Positions 31,213 through 40,475 of a DNA stretch of 64,000 nucleotides are shown one piece after another. The translations under genes and the position numbers were made by a program. Source of the DNA: Pseudomonadota bacterium (GTDB lineage: Bacteria; Pseudomonadota; Gammaproteobacteria; Burkholderiales; Gallionellaceae); assembly GCA_021800795.1 (NCBI GenBank), contig JAJYYO010000010.1, positions 80 to 64,079 of the forward strand, in the 5' to 3' direction. Positions within the stretch are counted from its first letter, which is position 1; each line of letters opens with the position of its first letter. Below the pieces are notes generated by a model. It ran no database searches. It was not told where the DNA came from and worked only from the letters and a program-made list of their open reading frames with translations.

Positions 31213-32193
31213 TCATTTCAGAGGCTCAACTTTCTCGCCTTTTCTGTTCCGTGTGTAGTGCTCAGTCATGGCGCGTGTCTTGTGTCCAAGCAGCTGCTGT
31301 GAGCGTGCCAGATCATCCGTGTCAGTTGCAGTCTTGGCGCGAATGTCCCGAAACTGAAAGTCAACTCCTGCCGCTTTTCTGGCATTGTCAAAACGCGAGC
31401 GCAACGTGGCATAGCTCAATCGCTGGCCGTTCCCGTTCTGCAACATGGCATCACCACCCATGACGCTGTGCTGACGCCCCAGGATGCGCTGTATCAGCGT
31501 TGCCAGTTCGCCCACAATGTTGATGCGCAGTTTCTTGCCTGTTTTATTTTGGGTGAATAACAGAGATCCTTCACGAATGTCGCTTCTGTTCAGTTTTAGC
31601 AAGTCTGCCGGCCGCTGTCCGGTGAGATAGGCTAAATCCATCGCGTCCTGCACGGTGTAGTGTGCTTTTTCCCAAACATCGAAAAATTCAGTATCTTCGA
31701 TATATCGGTCTCGGCCTGTTTCGCGGTGGCCTTTGACGCCGGCGCAAGGGTTTGGCGCATCGGTGTAACCCCATGCCCTGGCGCAGTTGAAAATATGGCT
31801 GAACAGGGCTTTTTCGCGGTTGGCGCGAGTTGGTGCAACTTGGCCGCGTTGGTCCAGGTAGCGTTTGACATGGTGCGGCTTGATTGCATCTATCGGCATA
31901 GTGCCGAACACCGCTTCAAGCCTGCTCAATTCCTTCTCGTTGTCACGCTGGGTCTGTGGTGCTTTGGTTGGGAATACTTCCTTGCGGTAGCGTGCGGCCA
32001 CGTTCCTGAATTCGCTGCTGTTACGGTCAAACGGTTCGCATTCGATTTCAGCCCAAAGGCGTTTTGCAATGGACAAGTCCTGATCGAGCTTCGTCCACTT
32101 GCGCGGCATGTCGGTTGAGACGTGGTAATACATTTTGCCTTTGAGATTCATCCTCGGTGGCAGGTTGTGATTGATTGTGCGCTTGCGTCCCAT
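31213..32193 (-). CDS. tyrosine recombinase (phage integrase)
   Basis: LTGQRPADL, FRDIRAK, LLGH...TEHY; start MGRKRTINHNLPPRM. Confidence 0.95.
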   Translation of the reverse strand: MGRKRTINHNLPPRMNLKGKMYYHVSTDMPRKWTKLDQDLSIAKRLWAEIECEPFDRNSSEFRNVAARYRKEVFPTKAPQTQRDNEKELSRLEAVFGTMPIDAIKPHHVKRYLDQRGQVAPTRANREKALFSHIFNCARAWGYTDAPNPCAGVKGHRETGRDRYIEDTEFFDVWEKAHYTVQDAMDLAYLTGQRPADLLKLNRSDIREGSLLFTQNKTGKKLRINIVGELATLIQRILGRQHSVMGGDAMLQNGNGQRLSYATLRSRFDNARKAAGVDFQFRDIRAKTATDTDDLARSQQLLGHKTRAMTEHYTRNRKGEKVEPLK

Positions 32194-32201
32194 GAGTGGT
32201 G

Positions 32202-32420
32202 TTACATCGCGCCCCAGTTCGGCTCCGGTGCTGCCGGCGCAGTGTTCGTGATTGCGCTGCCGCATAGACGCGCCTGCACGTGTTCACGCGATACCCTGGC
32301 GTGTCCGTTTGCACCGGTGGCGAAGAGGAAACCGTTAGCCTTCAGCCAGGCGATCTGCTCGGCTTTGCGCTTGCGTTCGGTCAGTTCTGCCAGTTCTGAT
32401 TGAGTAAGGAAGATCATCAT
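32202..32420 (-). CDS. excisionase-like protein (DUF4224 type)
   Basis: FLTQSELAELTERKRKAEQIAWLKANG...NGHARVSR...PNWGAM, directly upstream of int. Confidence 0.8.
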   Translation of the reverse strand: MMIFLTQSELAELTERKRKAEQIAWLKANGFLFATGANGHARVSREHVQARLCGSAITNTAPAAPEPNWGAM

Positions 32421-32421
32421 T

Positions 32422-32613
32422 TCACCTTACGATACCAGGACGTGTACGGCGTGCAGATCGTTTGTACATCAGGCGCGATTGATAGAGGCTGGCGTGTTTG
32501 TATGTTGGGTCAATTTGGCGGATACGATTGTGCAATCTCATGAGCGTGATACTTGCATTGATGCTCATGTCAGCGTTGCTCGTGTGAGGGCTGATAAAAC
32601 GTCTTGGTTTCAT
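32422..32613 (-). CDS. small basic hypothetical protein
   Basis: 63-aa ORF tightly packed between neighbours. Confidence 0.45.
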   Translation of the reverse strand: MKPRRFISPHTSNADMSINASITLMRLHNRIRQIDPTYKHASLYQSRLMYKRSARRTRPGIVR

Positions 32614-33284
32614 GCTGTTTTCTCCTTGAGTTGTTCGGTTGCTGGTGAAAAAGGAATAATTCTGGCTGTGGCAATTCGGGACATCAGGCCGATGATCGTG
32701 TCCTGCATGGCGGCGAGTTCATCCACCACGCCCTGGGCGACATACATCTGCCGCAGCTTGGTGTTTTCTGCCTGTGCTTCATCGAGCAGGGCTTGCAGGC
32801 GTGCATTCTCTATTCGCAGCTCAGGCGCTTCGCCGCGCTGGAACGACAGGACATTCAGCTGCCCAGGTGAAAACCCTTCGCCGCCCACGTCCGGCGACAT
32901 CAGGTTGCCGGTTTCGCTGACGAACCAGCCATCCCAGTCTGCATGTGTGAATTTGAATCTCATGCTTTCGAGTACCAGGCGCAGCAGTTCGAAGGCGATG
33001 AAAGGTATCTGGGTGTCGCCGTTCTCCCATCTGTCAAGCGTGCGCAGTGATACGCGCATATAGGCGGCGCACTGTTTTGGTGTCATGCGAAGCATCGTGC
33101 GCATGTGTTTGAAGTTTTCCGGCGAAACTGTGAAGCATTGCGATAGCTGCACCCATTGCGGGTGATAGCCCGGGAAAGCCTCGTTGATTGCTTGCGAGCT
33201 GGGCTCAATGGCCTGCATCCAGTACGCCCAGCTGGTTTTGTCGCTGGGTTGGTGCTTCTTGGTCTTTTTAGTGGTATTCTTCAT
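32610..33284 (-). CDS. HTH + DUF3653-like + coiled-coil protein (XafT/VC1465-like)
   Basis: MTPKQCAAYMRVSLRTLDRWENG HTH, WDGWFVSETGNLMSPD segment, heptad-rich C-terminus. Confidence 0.65.
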   Translation of the reverse strand: MKNTTKKTKKHQPSDKTSWAYWMQAIEPSSQAINEAFPGYHPQWVQLSQCFTVSPENFKHMRTMLRMTPKQCAAYMRVSLRTLDRWENGDTQIPFIAFELLRLVLESMRFKFTHADWDGWFVSETGNLMSPDVGGEGFSPGQLNVLSFQRGEAPELRIENARLQALLDEAQAENTKLRQMYVAQGVVDELAAMQDTIIGLMSRIATARIIPFSPATEQLKEKTA

Positions 33285-33348
33285 TCAGCCTTCTCCTATC
33301 AAGGCGAGTTGCGCGCCGGTGCTTGGCGGTTCCGGCGCGTAACGCTTT

Positions 33349-34614
33349 CTAAGCGTCCAATAAGTGCCAATTCCCGCTGAAATGCCCCTTGTAGAAATAC
33401 ACACCCTGGTGTGATGCTGGGCGTTGTGCAAGGTCTGCCAGCAGTTCTTCCACAGCTTCCCTTCCGAACTCGGCCGCTTGCAGCACATTCCAGCGTGCAT
33501 TGCGGCTCAGTACCAGCTTCCACATGTCGTGATTCAGGATAATTACCAGCTCGCGTTCCGGCATTTCCTCGGCGGCGATTTCTTCGTCTGTTTTTTCTTC
33601 TTCAGGCAGTACCAGCGCCTTGCGCAACTTGGGCGACCAGAACAGCTGACGCTTCCCCTTGAACTGCTTGGCGTACTCGATGAACAGTTCGCCGGCGCCC
33701 GTATCGCCTTCTGCGAAATCTCGCAGCAGCGTGAAGGGAGTCCGTCCACTGAGACGGCGGCCAATTTTGGCGTTTCCCTTGGTGAGTTCGTGTGATGCGC
33801 CCCAGTGCGAGTCCGTCAACGTCTTGGATGCGGTGCTTGGCTCATGTCCGAACTTGGCGACGTACTCGGCGGCGTAATCGCCCGCCTGAACGTCAAAGGC
33901 ATACAACAGCATTTCATTCACCTGGTCACGATCTGCCAGCCCGATCTTGATGAGGGTATTGATCCATACCATATCCAACCGCTTGAGCAGTTCCAGCTGA
34001 TCGGGTGAGGCGAACACCAGCGTATGGGTGTGTGGATGCCAGCCGTTCGCGCCGTGAGTGACTTCCAGCGCGCGGATGCTGCCCAGGCAGCCAGCTTGTT
34101 CCAAGATGCCTTTGTATGACCTGCTGTTCTTGAACTTGGTTTGAGCTGTTGAAAACAGCTTGAGGTTATCGGCCAGCAGGTGATTCAACTGGTGAGGAAA
34201 TGTCTGGCTCATCAGGTAAACCTTGCCGCCCGTCTTCGCCCAGGCGCTGATTGCGTTCTGTAGCTCGATGCGGCGTTGTTCTGTGATCTTGGCGGCACAT
34301 ATTGGGCAGTGCCACACGCTACCGCAGGTGGACAGGTTGCCAAATGATGCGCCCTTGTCGCCCGTGCGGAACACGCTCACGCCGTTTTCATTCATGCAGC
34401 TGCGCTGACAGTGCTTGACCCGTTCGCCCGGGAGCAGGCCTTGTGCTGTGCGCTGCAACTGGTAACGCATCCGGCGCGGTGCATCTAAGGCTTCGCTGCC
34501 TGTTTTCCGTTTTGGTTTTTGGCTATCCGGAGCGTGTACAGTATTCGCATATATACCAAGAGAAGCACGGCCTGCTGGTTTTGCCTCCTGCTGGCGGTTG
34601 TAACCGGGGTTCAT
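33349..34614 (-). CDS. rolling-circle replication initiator (HUH, Rep_1-like)
   Basis: CGSVWHCPICAAKI, GWHPHTHTL (HUH), AAEYVAKFG (catalytic Tyr). Confidence 0.9.
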   Translation of the reverse strand: MNPGYNRQQEAKPAGRASLGIYANTVHAPDSQKPKRKTGSEALDAPRRMRYQLQRTAQGLLPGERVKHCQRSCMNENGVSVFRTGDKGASFGNLSTCGSVWHCPICAAKITEQRRIELQNAISAWAKTGGKVYLMSQTFPHQLNHLLADNLKLFSTAQTKFKNSRSYKGILEQAGCLGSIRALEVTHGANGWHPHTHTLVFASPDQLELLKRLDMVWINTLIKIGLADRDQVNEMLLYAFDVQAGDYAAEYVAKFGHEPSTASKTLTDSHWGASHELTKGNAKIGRRLSGRTPFTLLRDFAEGDTGAGELFIEYAKQFKGKRQLFWSPKLRKALVLPEEEKTDEEIAAEEMPERELVIILNHDMWKLVLSRNARWNVLQAAEFGREAVEELLADLAQRPASHQGVYFYKGHFSGNWHLLDA

Positions 34615-34823
34615 AGCGTCACTCCGCGCTTTATCAGCTCACGGTTGATGACCAGTGCGCGCTTGATTTCTTTTTGTGCAGCTTCGAGCTTTTCCAAGCC
34701 TTTGGGCATGCCAAGGAAAAAACAGGCGCCATCGATCAGCCTTCCGGCTTCAGAGTTGCGCTCCTTGAATTCTTGTAGCAGTTCATCATCAGATAGTCTG
34801 GGATGGGGTTGGCGGTTTGTCAT
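34611..34823 (-). CDS. hypothetical protein
   Basis: 70-aa ORF whose stop overlaps the rep start. Confidence 0.55.
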   Translation of the reverse strand: MTNRQPHPRLSDDELLQEFKERNSEAGRLIDGACFFLGMPKGLEKLEAAQKEIKRALVINRELIKRGVTL

Positions 34824-34849
34824 GATTTTCCTATCAGGTGTTGAAGGCG

Positions 34850-35062
34850 TTACGCGAGGGGCACCACGGCGCAGACACAGTCAGTGCTGTCTGACAGCTT
34901 CTGGGAGCGGCGTAGGGCATCCTGGTGGCGCGCATAGCGGCGTGCAAAGGTCGGCAGGATGCTGGTGCAATCCCAGCGCCTTCCGGTTAGCTTGGCTTCC
35001 CGCTTGAGTGCGGGCGACTCCGAATAGAAGTCGCCGGTTTCGATATTGAGGACGGCGTACAT
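34850..35062 (-). CDS. hypothetical protein
   Basis: 70-aa ORF in the same operon. Confidence 0.5.
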   Translation of the reverse strand: MYAVLNIETGDFYSESPALKREAKLTGRRWDCTSILPTFARRYARHQDALRRSQKLSDSTDCVCAVVPLA

Positions 35063-35067
35063 GGCGG

Positions 35068-35211
35068 CTACACCTGGCGAGGCTGGGCAGGTGCTGCGGG
35101 CTTTTTGCTTTGCGCTGCTGCGATTGCCAGGACGACCAGCGTTGCCAGCACGAAAACAGCAGCCTTACCGCCGCCGCCAGAAAGCATAGATACAGGGCAG
35201 GGGGCGCTCAT
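35068..35211 (-). CDS. 47-aa single-TM peptide (not in the ORF track)
   Basis: MSAPCPVSMLSGGGGKAAVFVLATLVVLAIAAAQSKKPAAPAQPRQV; ATG overlaps the upstream stop. Confidence 0.55.
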   Translation of the reverse strand: MSAPCPVSMLSGGGGKAAVFVLATLVVLAIAAAQSKKPAAPAQPRQV

Positions 35212-35849
35212 TCTTCACCATCCGTTTCTTCGTCGGTGGATTGCTCATCTGCTTGCTGGTCGGCCAGCAGTGCAGTGCTATACAGGCTGCCAATCAAATC
35301 GGCCTGTGTTTTTGGTTCTGCTTTTTCAGGCAATGGAGCCAAGATGTTCCGGCCTTGCAGTGTTCTGAAAAGCAGGTAGTTTTCAGCCATCAAACCGTAA
35401 AGCTCTTTCGTGTCGGTATCAGTCTTTTCTGAATAGGTCGAAAGGAAGCCGCTTTCCAGCGTGTGTTTCATCAGTTCGGCTATGCGCGCATCGTTACTGT
35501 CCATGCGTTCCAGGATTGAATCGACCTGATCCTGTGGCAATGACTGGTCAACTACAAACCGGCAGGTTTGCAATGGCGTGACGATGCCGACGCCTGGCTG
35601 TGATTTTGGTGTGTTGGGTGTGTCTGGCTTGGCCTCAATGTCGTTGAAGTCGATTCCGTTGCCTTCATAGAACATGCGAAGGTTTTCAAGAAAGGCCATA
35701 TCCGGGATAAACCGGCCCGTCTCAAAATTCTTGAGTTTGTGGCCTGGTAGCTGACTTTGCTCGATAACGTTGGCTTGAGTTAAGCCGAGTTGAAAACGGG
35801 CTGCGCGGGATTGCTCAGCCGTGATTGGTAGTTTTGATGGGATTTTCAT
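35208..35849 (-). CDS. XRE-type HTH protein
   Basis: RAARFQLGLTQANVIEQSQL...LKNFETG. Confidence 0.75.
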   Translation of the reverse strand: MKIPSKLPITAEQSRAARFQLGLTQANVIEQSQLPGHKLKNFETGRFIPDMAFLENLRMFYEGNGIDFNDIEAKPDTPNTPKSQPGVGIVTPLQTCRFVVDQSLPQDQVDSILERMDSNDARIAELMKHTLESGFLSTYSEKTDTDTKELYGLMAENYLLFRTLQGRNILAPLPEKAEPKTQADLIGSLYSTALLADQQADEQSTDEETDGEE

Positions 35850-35955
35850 TTGCAGCTCCTTTGCTATTAAACGTAGCTATTTGCTACGATGGTTTAACTC
35901 TAGCAAAGGCTATCAAAAAAAGCAACATGCTTTTTTAAGTAGCATGTAATGACGT

Positions 35956-35985
35956 AAAAAAACCGGGCTGATTCCTCACCCGGTT
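35956..35985 (-). terminator. terminator after the repressor gene
   Basis: Minus strand aaccgggtgaggaatcagcccggtt followed by ttttt. Confidence 0.7.
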
Positions 35986-36005
35986 AATAAAAGACTGAAA
36001 TTTAA

Positions 36006-36614
36006 TTAAAGCTTTTTGTCTGAATTCTTACTTTCTAGTATTAAACGAAGGTCATCAGCTACGTCCAAAAAAGTCCGATCTGCATGTGCTTCCATCAGCT
36101 TATCAAAACTCTTACGTTCGCCGCGCAGCATTCCAATCATGATCTGCACAAGCGCAATACTTTGTTCCGGTTCCAAAGAACGAAGGCAATAAACTGCCCG
36201 AGCTAAAAACTCAGGTTCTGATTCGGCAACACCGCCATAGTGTAAAGAATCGGCCTTAATGTCGAATGGGTCGTCATCACCATAAATAAAATAAGAAGGA
36301 GAAACTCTGAGCACTTCGGACAAAAGTCGTATTTCTTTAACTCCAGGTCGATTGATGCCAAGCTCATACAATGAAATCACACCTCTGGATAATCCCTTAC
36401 CATCCTTGTCGGCAAGTTTGGTTGAAGAAGCTAGTTGATCCTGTGTTAGGCCTTTAGCTTTGCGCTGGTACTCAAGACGCTTCCCTATTTCGCTTTCTGG
36501 CTCAGATGTGCTAACCCCCAACCCTCCGTCCACTTCATTAGCTAACCGTTCCAGACGGCGCCAGCTTTTCAGCTTATCTAGATCTAAAGGTTCTGGTTCT
36601 TGTTTTTTTGACAT
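36006..36614 (-). CDS. XRE/cI-like repressor
   Basis: RKAKGLTQDQLA...SRGVISLYELG..PG...RLLSEVLRVSPSYFIYG. Confidence 0.8.
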   Translation of the reverse strand: MSKKQEPEPLDLDKLKSWRRLERLANEVDGGLGVSTSEPESEIGKRLEYQRKAKGLTQDQLASSTKLADKDGKGLSRGVISLYELGINRPGVKEIRLLSEVLRVSPSYFIYGDDDPFDIKADSLHYGGVAESEPEFLARAVYCLRSLEPEQSIALVQIMIGMLRGERKSFDKLMEAHADRTFLDVADDLRLILESKNSDKKL

Positions 36615-36981
36615 GGCGGTTTTTAAGTTGAAACGTGTTGGTTGTCTTGGTAAAACTAGCTGGAAGGCCTCTAGTTTATTGGCTTCCAGCTGGTTGCCGT
36701 TATTCTTATCAAGCGCATTATTGCAGGGTTGTGGACAGTGCGCCAGTGCCGGCAATCTGGCCGGCCAGCATTGCCATGAATGCCGGTGATCGATGCGGTG
36801 TTTTGTCCAGGTACAGGCAGAAGCACATCAAACCAAAACCGTTTTGCAGAAGGGTGATCTACGCTGATTTACAGTGTGGCGATGGGGTGGACTCCAGAAA
36901 TTCACCGTAGGCCATGGGCGTTCCGCTCTTCATGCCGGACAGACTTCGCGGGGTGACCGCTCAGCCCCGAAAATGCGTAAC

Positions 36982-37413
36982 TTACGTGCCGGAAATCAGC
37001 GCGGTGTACACCCTAAAAAATCGCAGTATCTTTGGTGATGCGTGGCGAGAGATTGTCAGCCCAGCACAGATTTGGTCGACGATCTTGCCATCCATTAGAT
37101 CCTTTGCAATGAATTCTCCCGTTGCGACACCGTTGACAAGCTTAGTGGCTTCCTCAATTCGGGAGTGAGCATAGCTCACGTAGCTGGTGCGGGTAACGAA
37201 AGGGTGATCGCCTGGATTCAGAATGAAAGTGGGATCATGCGGAAGTGCCGGATTCAACGTGGATAAGCTGGTTAACAGTACGCAGACTTTTCCGTTCTCA
37301 GGATTGTTAACTGGATCAGTGAGAAGGATGAAAAGGTGGTTCCTATTGATGTCGTGCGCTGGGCCCGATGGATAAAGCAGCGTTGCCCGCCGAAGGGGCT
37401 GGAACAAACTCAT
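36982..37413 (-). CDS. putative toxin of a Panacea TA pair (PemK/MazF-like by eye)
   Basis: HLFILLTDP...VLLTSLST...ILNPGDHPFV..TSYVSY; start overlaps the antitoxin stop. Confidence 0.55.
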   Translation of the reverse strand: MSLFQPLRRATLLYPSGPAHDINRNHLFILLTDPVNNPENGKVCVLLTSLSTLNPALPHDPTFILNPGDHPFVTRTSYVSYAHSRIEEATKLVNGVATGEFIAKDLMDGKIVDQICAGLTISRHASPKILRFFRVYTALISGT

Positions 37414-37964
37414 AGTCTGGCAAAAAGCCTGTCTAGTGAGCGCTCCGTTTCAATACGTGCACCGAGTTCGATTGCGGTTTCATCTGACTTGCCTAACGCA
37501 CGGAACACAGCCTCGTAGGGGATGGGCAACGATGAGCCGTTCGGATCTTGCCACTCAGGGCAGGATTTGTGAGTGTAGTCACGAATTGCCCACTGGTTCA
37601 TGTGACCAAATTCCTTCCAGACAGAGTCAAGCGTTTCTATATCTGCAGCGCTTAATTCATCCAGTGCGTCTGGCAAGGCTGGGCGTTTCAGTGTAACTTT
37701 GTGATTTGCCTTGTCAGAAATCCACGATTCCCATCCGTTCTCACATGACTCAACATCGCCATCGATTAGGTTCAATGTCATAGAAAGAACTGGGCCGTGT
37801 GGCATGGCAACGATGCAGTCACCAGAAATCGGGAAGCCATAAAGCTCCATTGACTGACGATCGGCAAGGTAGAGAAGCTTCATGAGCTTCAGATGAGGCA
37901 TGCATTTCTCCCCTCTGTCTAACAGGTAGGCAGCCATCTGAGCTACTTTGCGCTCATTAAACAT
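37410..37964 (-). CDS. Panacea-domain (DUF4065/SocA-like) antitoxin
   Basis: LKLMKLLYLAD, AMPHGPV, THKSCPEW. Confidence 0.85.
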   Translation of the reverse strand: MFNERKVAQMAAYLLDRGEKCMPHLKLMKLLYLADRQSMELYGFPISGDCIVAMPHGPVLSMTLNLIDGDVESCENGWESWISDKANHKVTLKRPALPDALDELSAADIETLDSVWKEFGHMNQWAIRDYTHKSCPEWQDPNGSSLPIPYEAVFRALGKSDETAIELGARIETERSLDRLFARL

Positions 37965-38260
37965 GGTTTACTCCTTGTGTGGTGACAGAAAGTTGATGTG
38001 GGATATAACGGCATAACATGCACGTAGTTTAACGCATTTTTGCAGGTTGAAAATTTTTGATGCAATTTTGCAACAAGTGTCATGCAAATTCTCGTCTACT
38101 AAGGCAAAAAAGCTGGAATTACTACATCATCGCTTTTATGCGGCTGTTGTTCTACAATGCGCGCGATCAATGAGCAATGACGGGCCTTACAAGCAGGCTG
38201 TTTTTTGTGATTTGTAGAACAGGCAGGACGTAACTGCTTGTATTAATTTGGCTTGGGTTC

Positions 38261-38334
38261 GGATTGAAAATCCTTGTGTCGGTGGTTCGATTCCGCCCCG
38301 GGCCACCAAATAAATAAAAGGCTTGCAGCGATGC
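38261..38334 (+). repeat. attR: duplicated tRNA-Phe 3' part
   Basis: Identical to 31094-31167. Confidence 0.95.
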
Positions 38335-38363
38335 GAGCCTTTTTGCTTTGTGGTGTAAACGAA

Positions 38364-40010
38364 ATGATTCAAACTTCAGAAGAAATCCGCACCGGCGAGA
38401 CACCGGTCAGCGCCGATGGAATCGTGCGCGAGGTGAAACGCCGTCGCACCTTTGCGATCATCTCTCACCCTGATGCGGGTAAAACCACGCTGACCGAGAA
38501 GCTGTTGCTGTTCGGCGGGGCGATTCAGATGGCGGGTACCGTGAAGGCGCGAAAGAGCGGGCGGCATGCCACCTCGGACTGGCTGGAAATCGAGAAACAG
38601 CGCGGCATTTCCGTCGCGAGTTCGGTGATGCAGTTCACCTTTGACGATTGCGTGATCAATCTGCTCGACACGCCGGGTCACCAGGATTTTTCTGAAGATA
38701 CCTACCGCGTGCTGACCGCCGTGGATGCGGCGGTGATGGTGGTGGATGCGGCCAAGGGCGTCGAGGAACAGACCATCAAGTTGCTGGAAGTGTGCCGTTT
38801 GCGCAACACGCCCATCATTACCTTCATCAACAAGATGGATCGCGAAGTGCGCGAACCGCTGGAAGTGCTGGACGAAATCGAATCCGTCCTCAAAATCAAG
38901 TGCGCGCCGGTGACCTGGCCGATCGGTATGGGTAAGCGCTTTCAGGGCGTGTATCATCTATTGAACGATCAGGTGCTGCGATTCATGCCGGGTGAGGCCA
39001 AGGCGGGGCAGGAAGTCGAGACCTTGCAGGGTGCGGAGATCGATCAGCTGGCTGCGCAGTGCCCGTCCGAGATGCAGACCATGCGCGATGAAACCGAACT
39101 GGTGATGGGGGCAGGTGCTTCGTTCGATTTGCAGGAGTTTTTGCGCGGTCAGCAAACGCCGGTGTTCTTTGGTTCCGGTGTGAACAATTTCGGCGTGCGT
39201 GAAATATTGCGCGCGCTGGTGGACTGGGCGCCTGCGCCCTTGCCGCGTGCGACCGATGTGCGCATGGTGCTGCCAACCGAATCCGCCTTTACCGGTTTCG
39301 TGTTCAAGATTCAGGCCAACATGGACCCGAATCACCGCGACCGCATCGCTTTCATGCGCGTCTGCTCGGGGCGTTACTCCTCGGGAATGAAGGTCAAACA
39401 TCGCCGTACCGGTAAGGAAATGAAGCTGGCCAACGCGGTGACCTTCATGGCCAATGAGCGCACGCGCATGGATGAGGCTTATGCGGGCGATATTATCGGC
39501 GTTCACAATCACGGCCAGTTGCAGATCGGCGACGTGCTCACCGAAGGCGAAGCGCTCACTTTCAAGGGTATTCCTTATTTTGCACCTGAGCTGTTCAGTC
39601 GGGCGCGGCTGCGCGACCCGATGAAGGCCAAGCAATTGCAAAAGGGTTTGCGCCAGTTGGGTGAAGAGGGTGCGGTTCAGGTTTTTGAACCATTGACAGA
39701 CACCAGCAATCCGCTGATCGGCGCGGTAGGGCAGTTGCAGTTCGAAGTGGTCGAGCATCGCCTGAAAGCTGAATACGGCGTGGATGCGGTGTTCGAGCGC
39801 GCCGGGATACACACGGCGCGTTGGGTGACCTGTAGCGACGCGGCGCATCTGGCCGAATTCGTCAAAGCCAACCAGAGTCGTCTGGCGAAGGACGTGGACG
39901 GCAACTATGCCTATCTGGCCGACAGCGGGGTAAACCTGCGTCTGGCACAGGAGCGCTGGCCCAAGGTACAGTTTCATGCAACCCGAGAGCACGGTCAGCA
40001 ACTGAGTTGA
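38364..40010 (+). CDS. prfC: peptide chain release factor 3
   Basis: [35 protein letters not shown]. Confidence 0.97.
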   Translation: MIQTSEEIRTGETPVSADGIVREVKRRRTFAIISHPDAGKTTLTEKLLLFGGAIQMAGTVKARKSGRHATSDWLEIEKQRGISVASSVMQFTFDDCVINLLDTPGHQDFSEDTYRVLTAVDAAVMVVDAAKGVEEQTIKLLEVCRLRNTPIITFINKMDREVREPLEVLDEIESVLKIKCAPVTWPIGMGKRFQGVYHLLNDQVLRFMPGEAKAGQEVETLQGAEIDQLAAQCPSEMQTMRDETELVMGAGASFDLQEFLRGQQTPVFFGSGVNNFGVREILRALVDWAPAPLPRATDVRMVLPTESAFTGFVFKIQANMDPNHRDRIAFMRVCSGRYSSGMKVKHRRTGKEMKLANAVTFMANERTRMDEAYAGDIIGVHNHGQLQIGDVLTEGEALTFKGIPYFAPELFSRARLRDPMKAKQLQKGLRQLGEEGAVQVFEPLTDTSNPLIGAVGQLQFEVVEHRLKAEYGVDAVFERAGIHTARWVTCSDAAHLAEFVKANQSRLAKDVDGNYAYLADSGVNLRLAQERWPKVQFHATREHGQQLS

Positions 40011-40027
40011 GCATCAGCCGCAGTCAC

Positions 40028-40175
40028 TGGGGGTCGAGAAATAATAAGTTGAACATTCGCTGCTGCACATCCCTTTGTCGCAAGCCTGTGAATAACACAA
40101 CGGCGCGTCGTGCTTCGCGGGCTGCATCGTAAATAAACCCCGGCGATTCTCCAACTTATTATTTCTCTGCCCCTA
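40028..40175. mobile_element. MITE-like element
   Basis: TIR ggggtcgagaaataataagttg / caacttattatttctctgcccc (2 mismatches). Confidence 0.75.
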
Positions 40176-40246
40176 AGGATATGTAATTTGGCTGTAATAA
40201 GTTTACAGTATCGTTGAGCCGCTTATTTACCCGGATTGTCTCTGTG

Positions 40247-40462
40247 TTAACGTGAAACTCGCGTAAGCGTTCGTTTGTCCGGCTCCGCCCCCCTCGCTAC
40301 GCTCTCCCCTCCGGGAGATAACCAGCGACTTAGGCATCGTTCTCAGATGCCTTAGGCGATGGTTAGTTGTTCTATCAGGGTTTGGGTGAGGGAGAGCGCA
40401 GCGAGGGTGCCCGGGCATGGCGAGTTTCATTATTGGGGGTGGCTACATGCCATGCCCGTTAG
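40247..40462. mobile_element. family-A element, copy 4 (triple nested palindrome)
   Basis: ttaacgtgaaactcgcg...catgcccgttag with inner ccctcgctacgctctccc/gggagagcgcagcgaggg and taaccagcgacttaggcatc/gatgccttaggcgatggtta. Confidence 0.9.
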
Positions 40463-40475
40463 GTGCTCTTTGCAT

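Larger units (their letters stand above)
31094..38334. mobile_element. 7.2-kb integrated element (phage-satellite/integrative plasmid-like) at tRNA-Phe
   Basis: 74-bp identical direct repeats at 31094-31167 and 38261-38334; integrase and excisionase next to the tRNA; all genes on the minus strand. Confidence 0.95.

Noticed and set aside
36760-36980. Gene remnant between the TA pair and the repressor
   Set aside because: No recognisable motif in any frame.
38006-38033. dif-like site in the island (gcataa-catgca-cgtagtttaac)
   Set aside because: The XerD arm matches only about 5 of 11 positions; integration is clearly at tRNA-Phe.
38274-38363. N-terminal extension of PrfC ([11 protein letters not shown]...) and the similar ORF at 31107
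   Set aside because: These are translations of the tRNA/att sequence; the real start is taken at 38364.
40190-40208. Pho box upstream of the response regulator
   Set aside because: ctgtaa-taagt-ttacag is an inverted repeat, not the direct-repeat Pho consensus.
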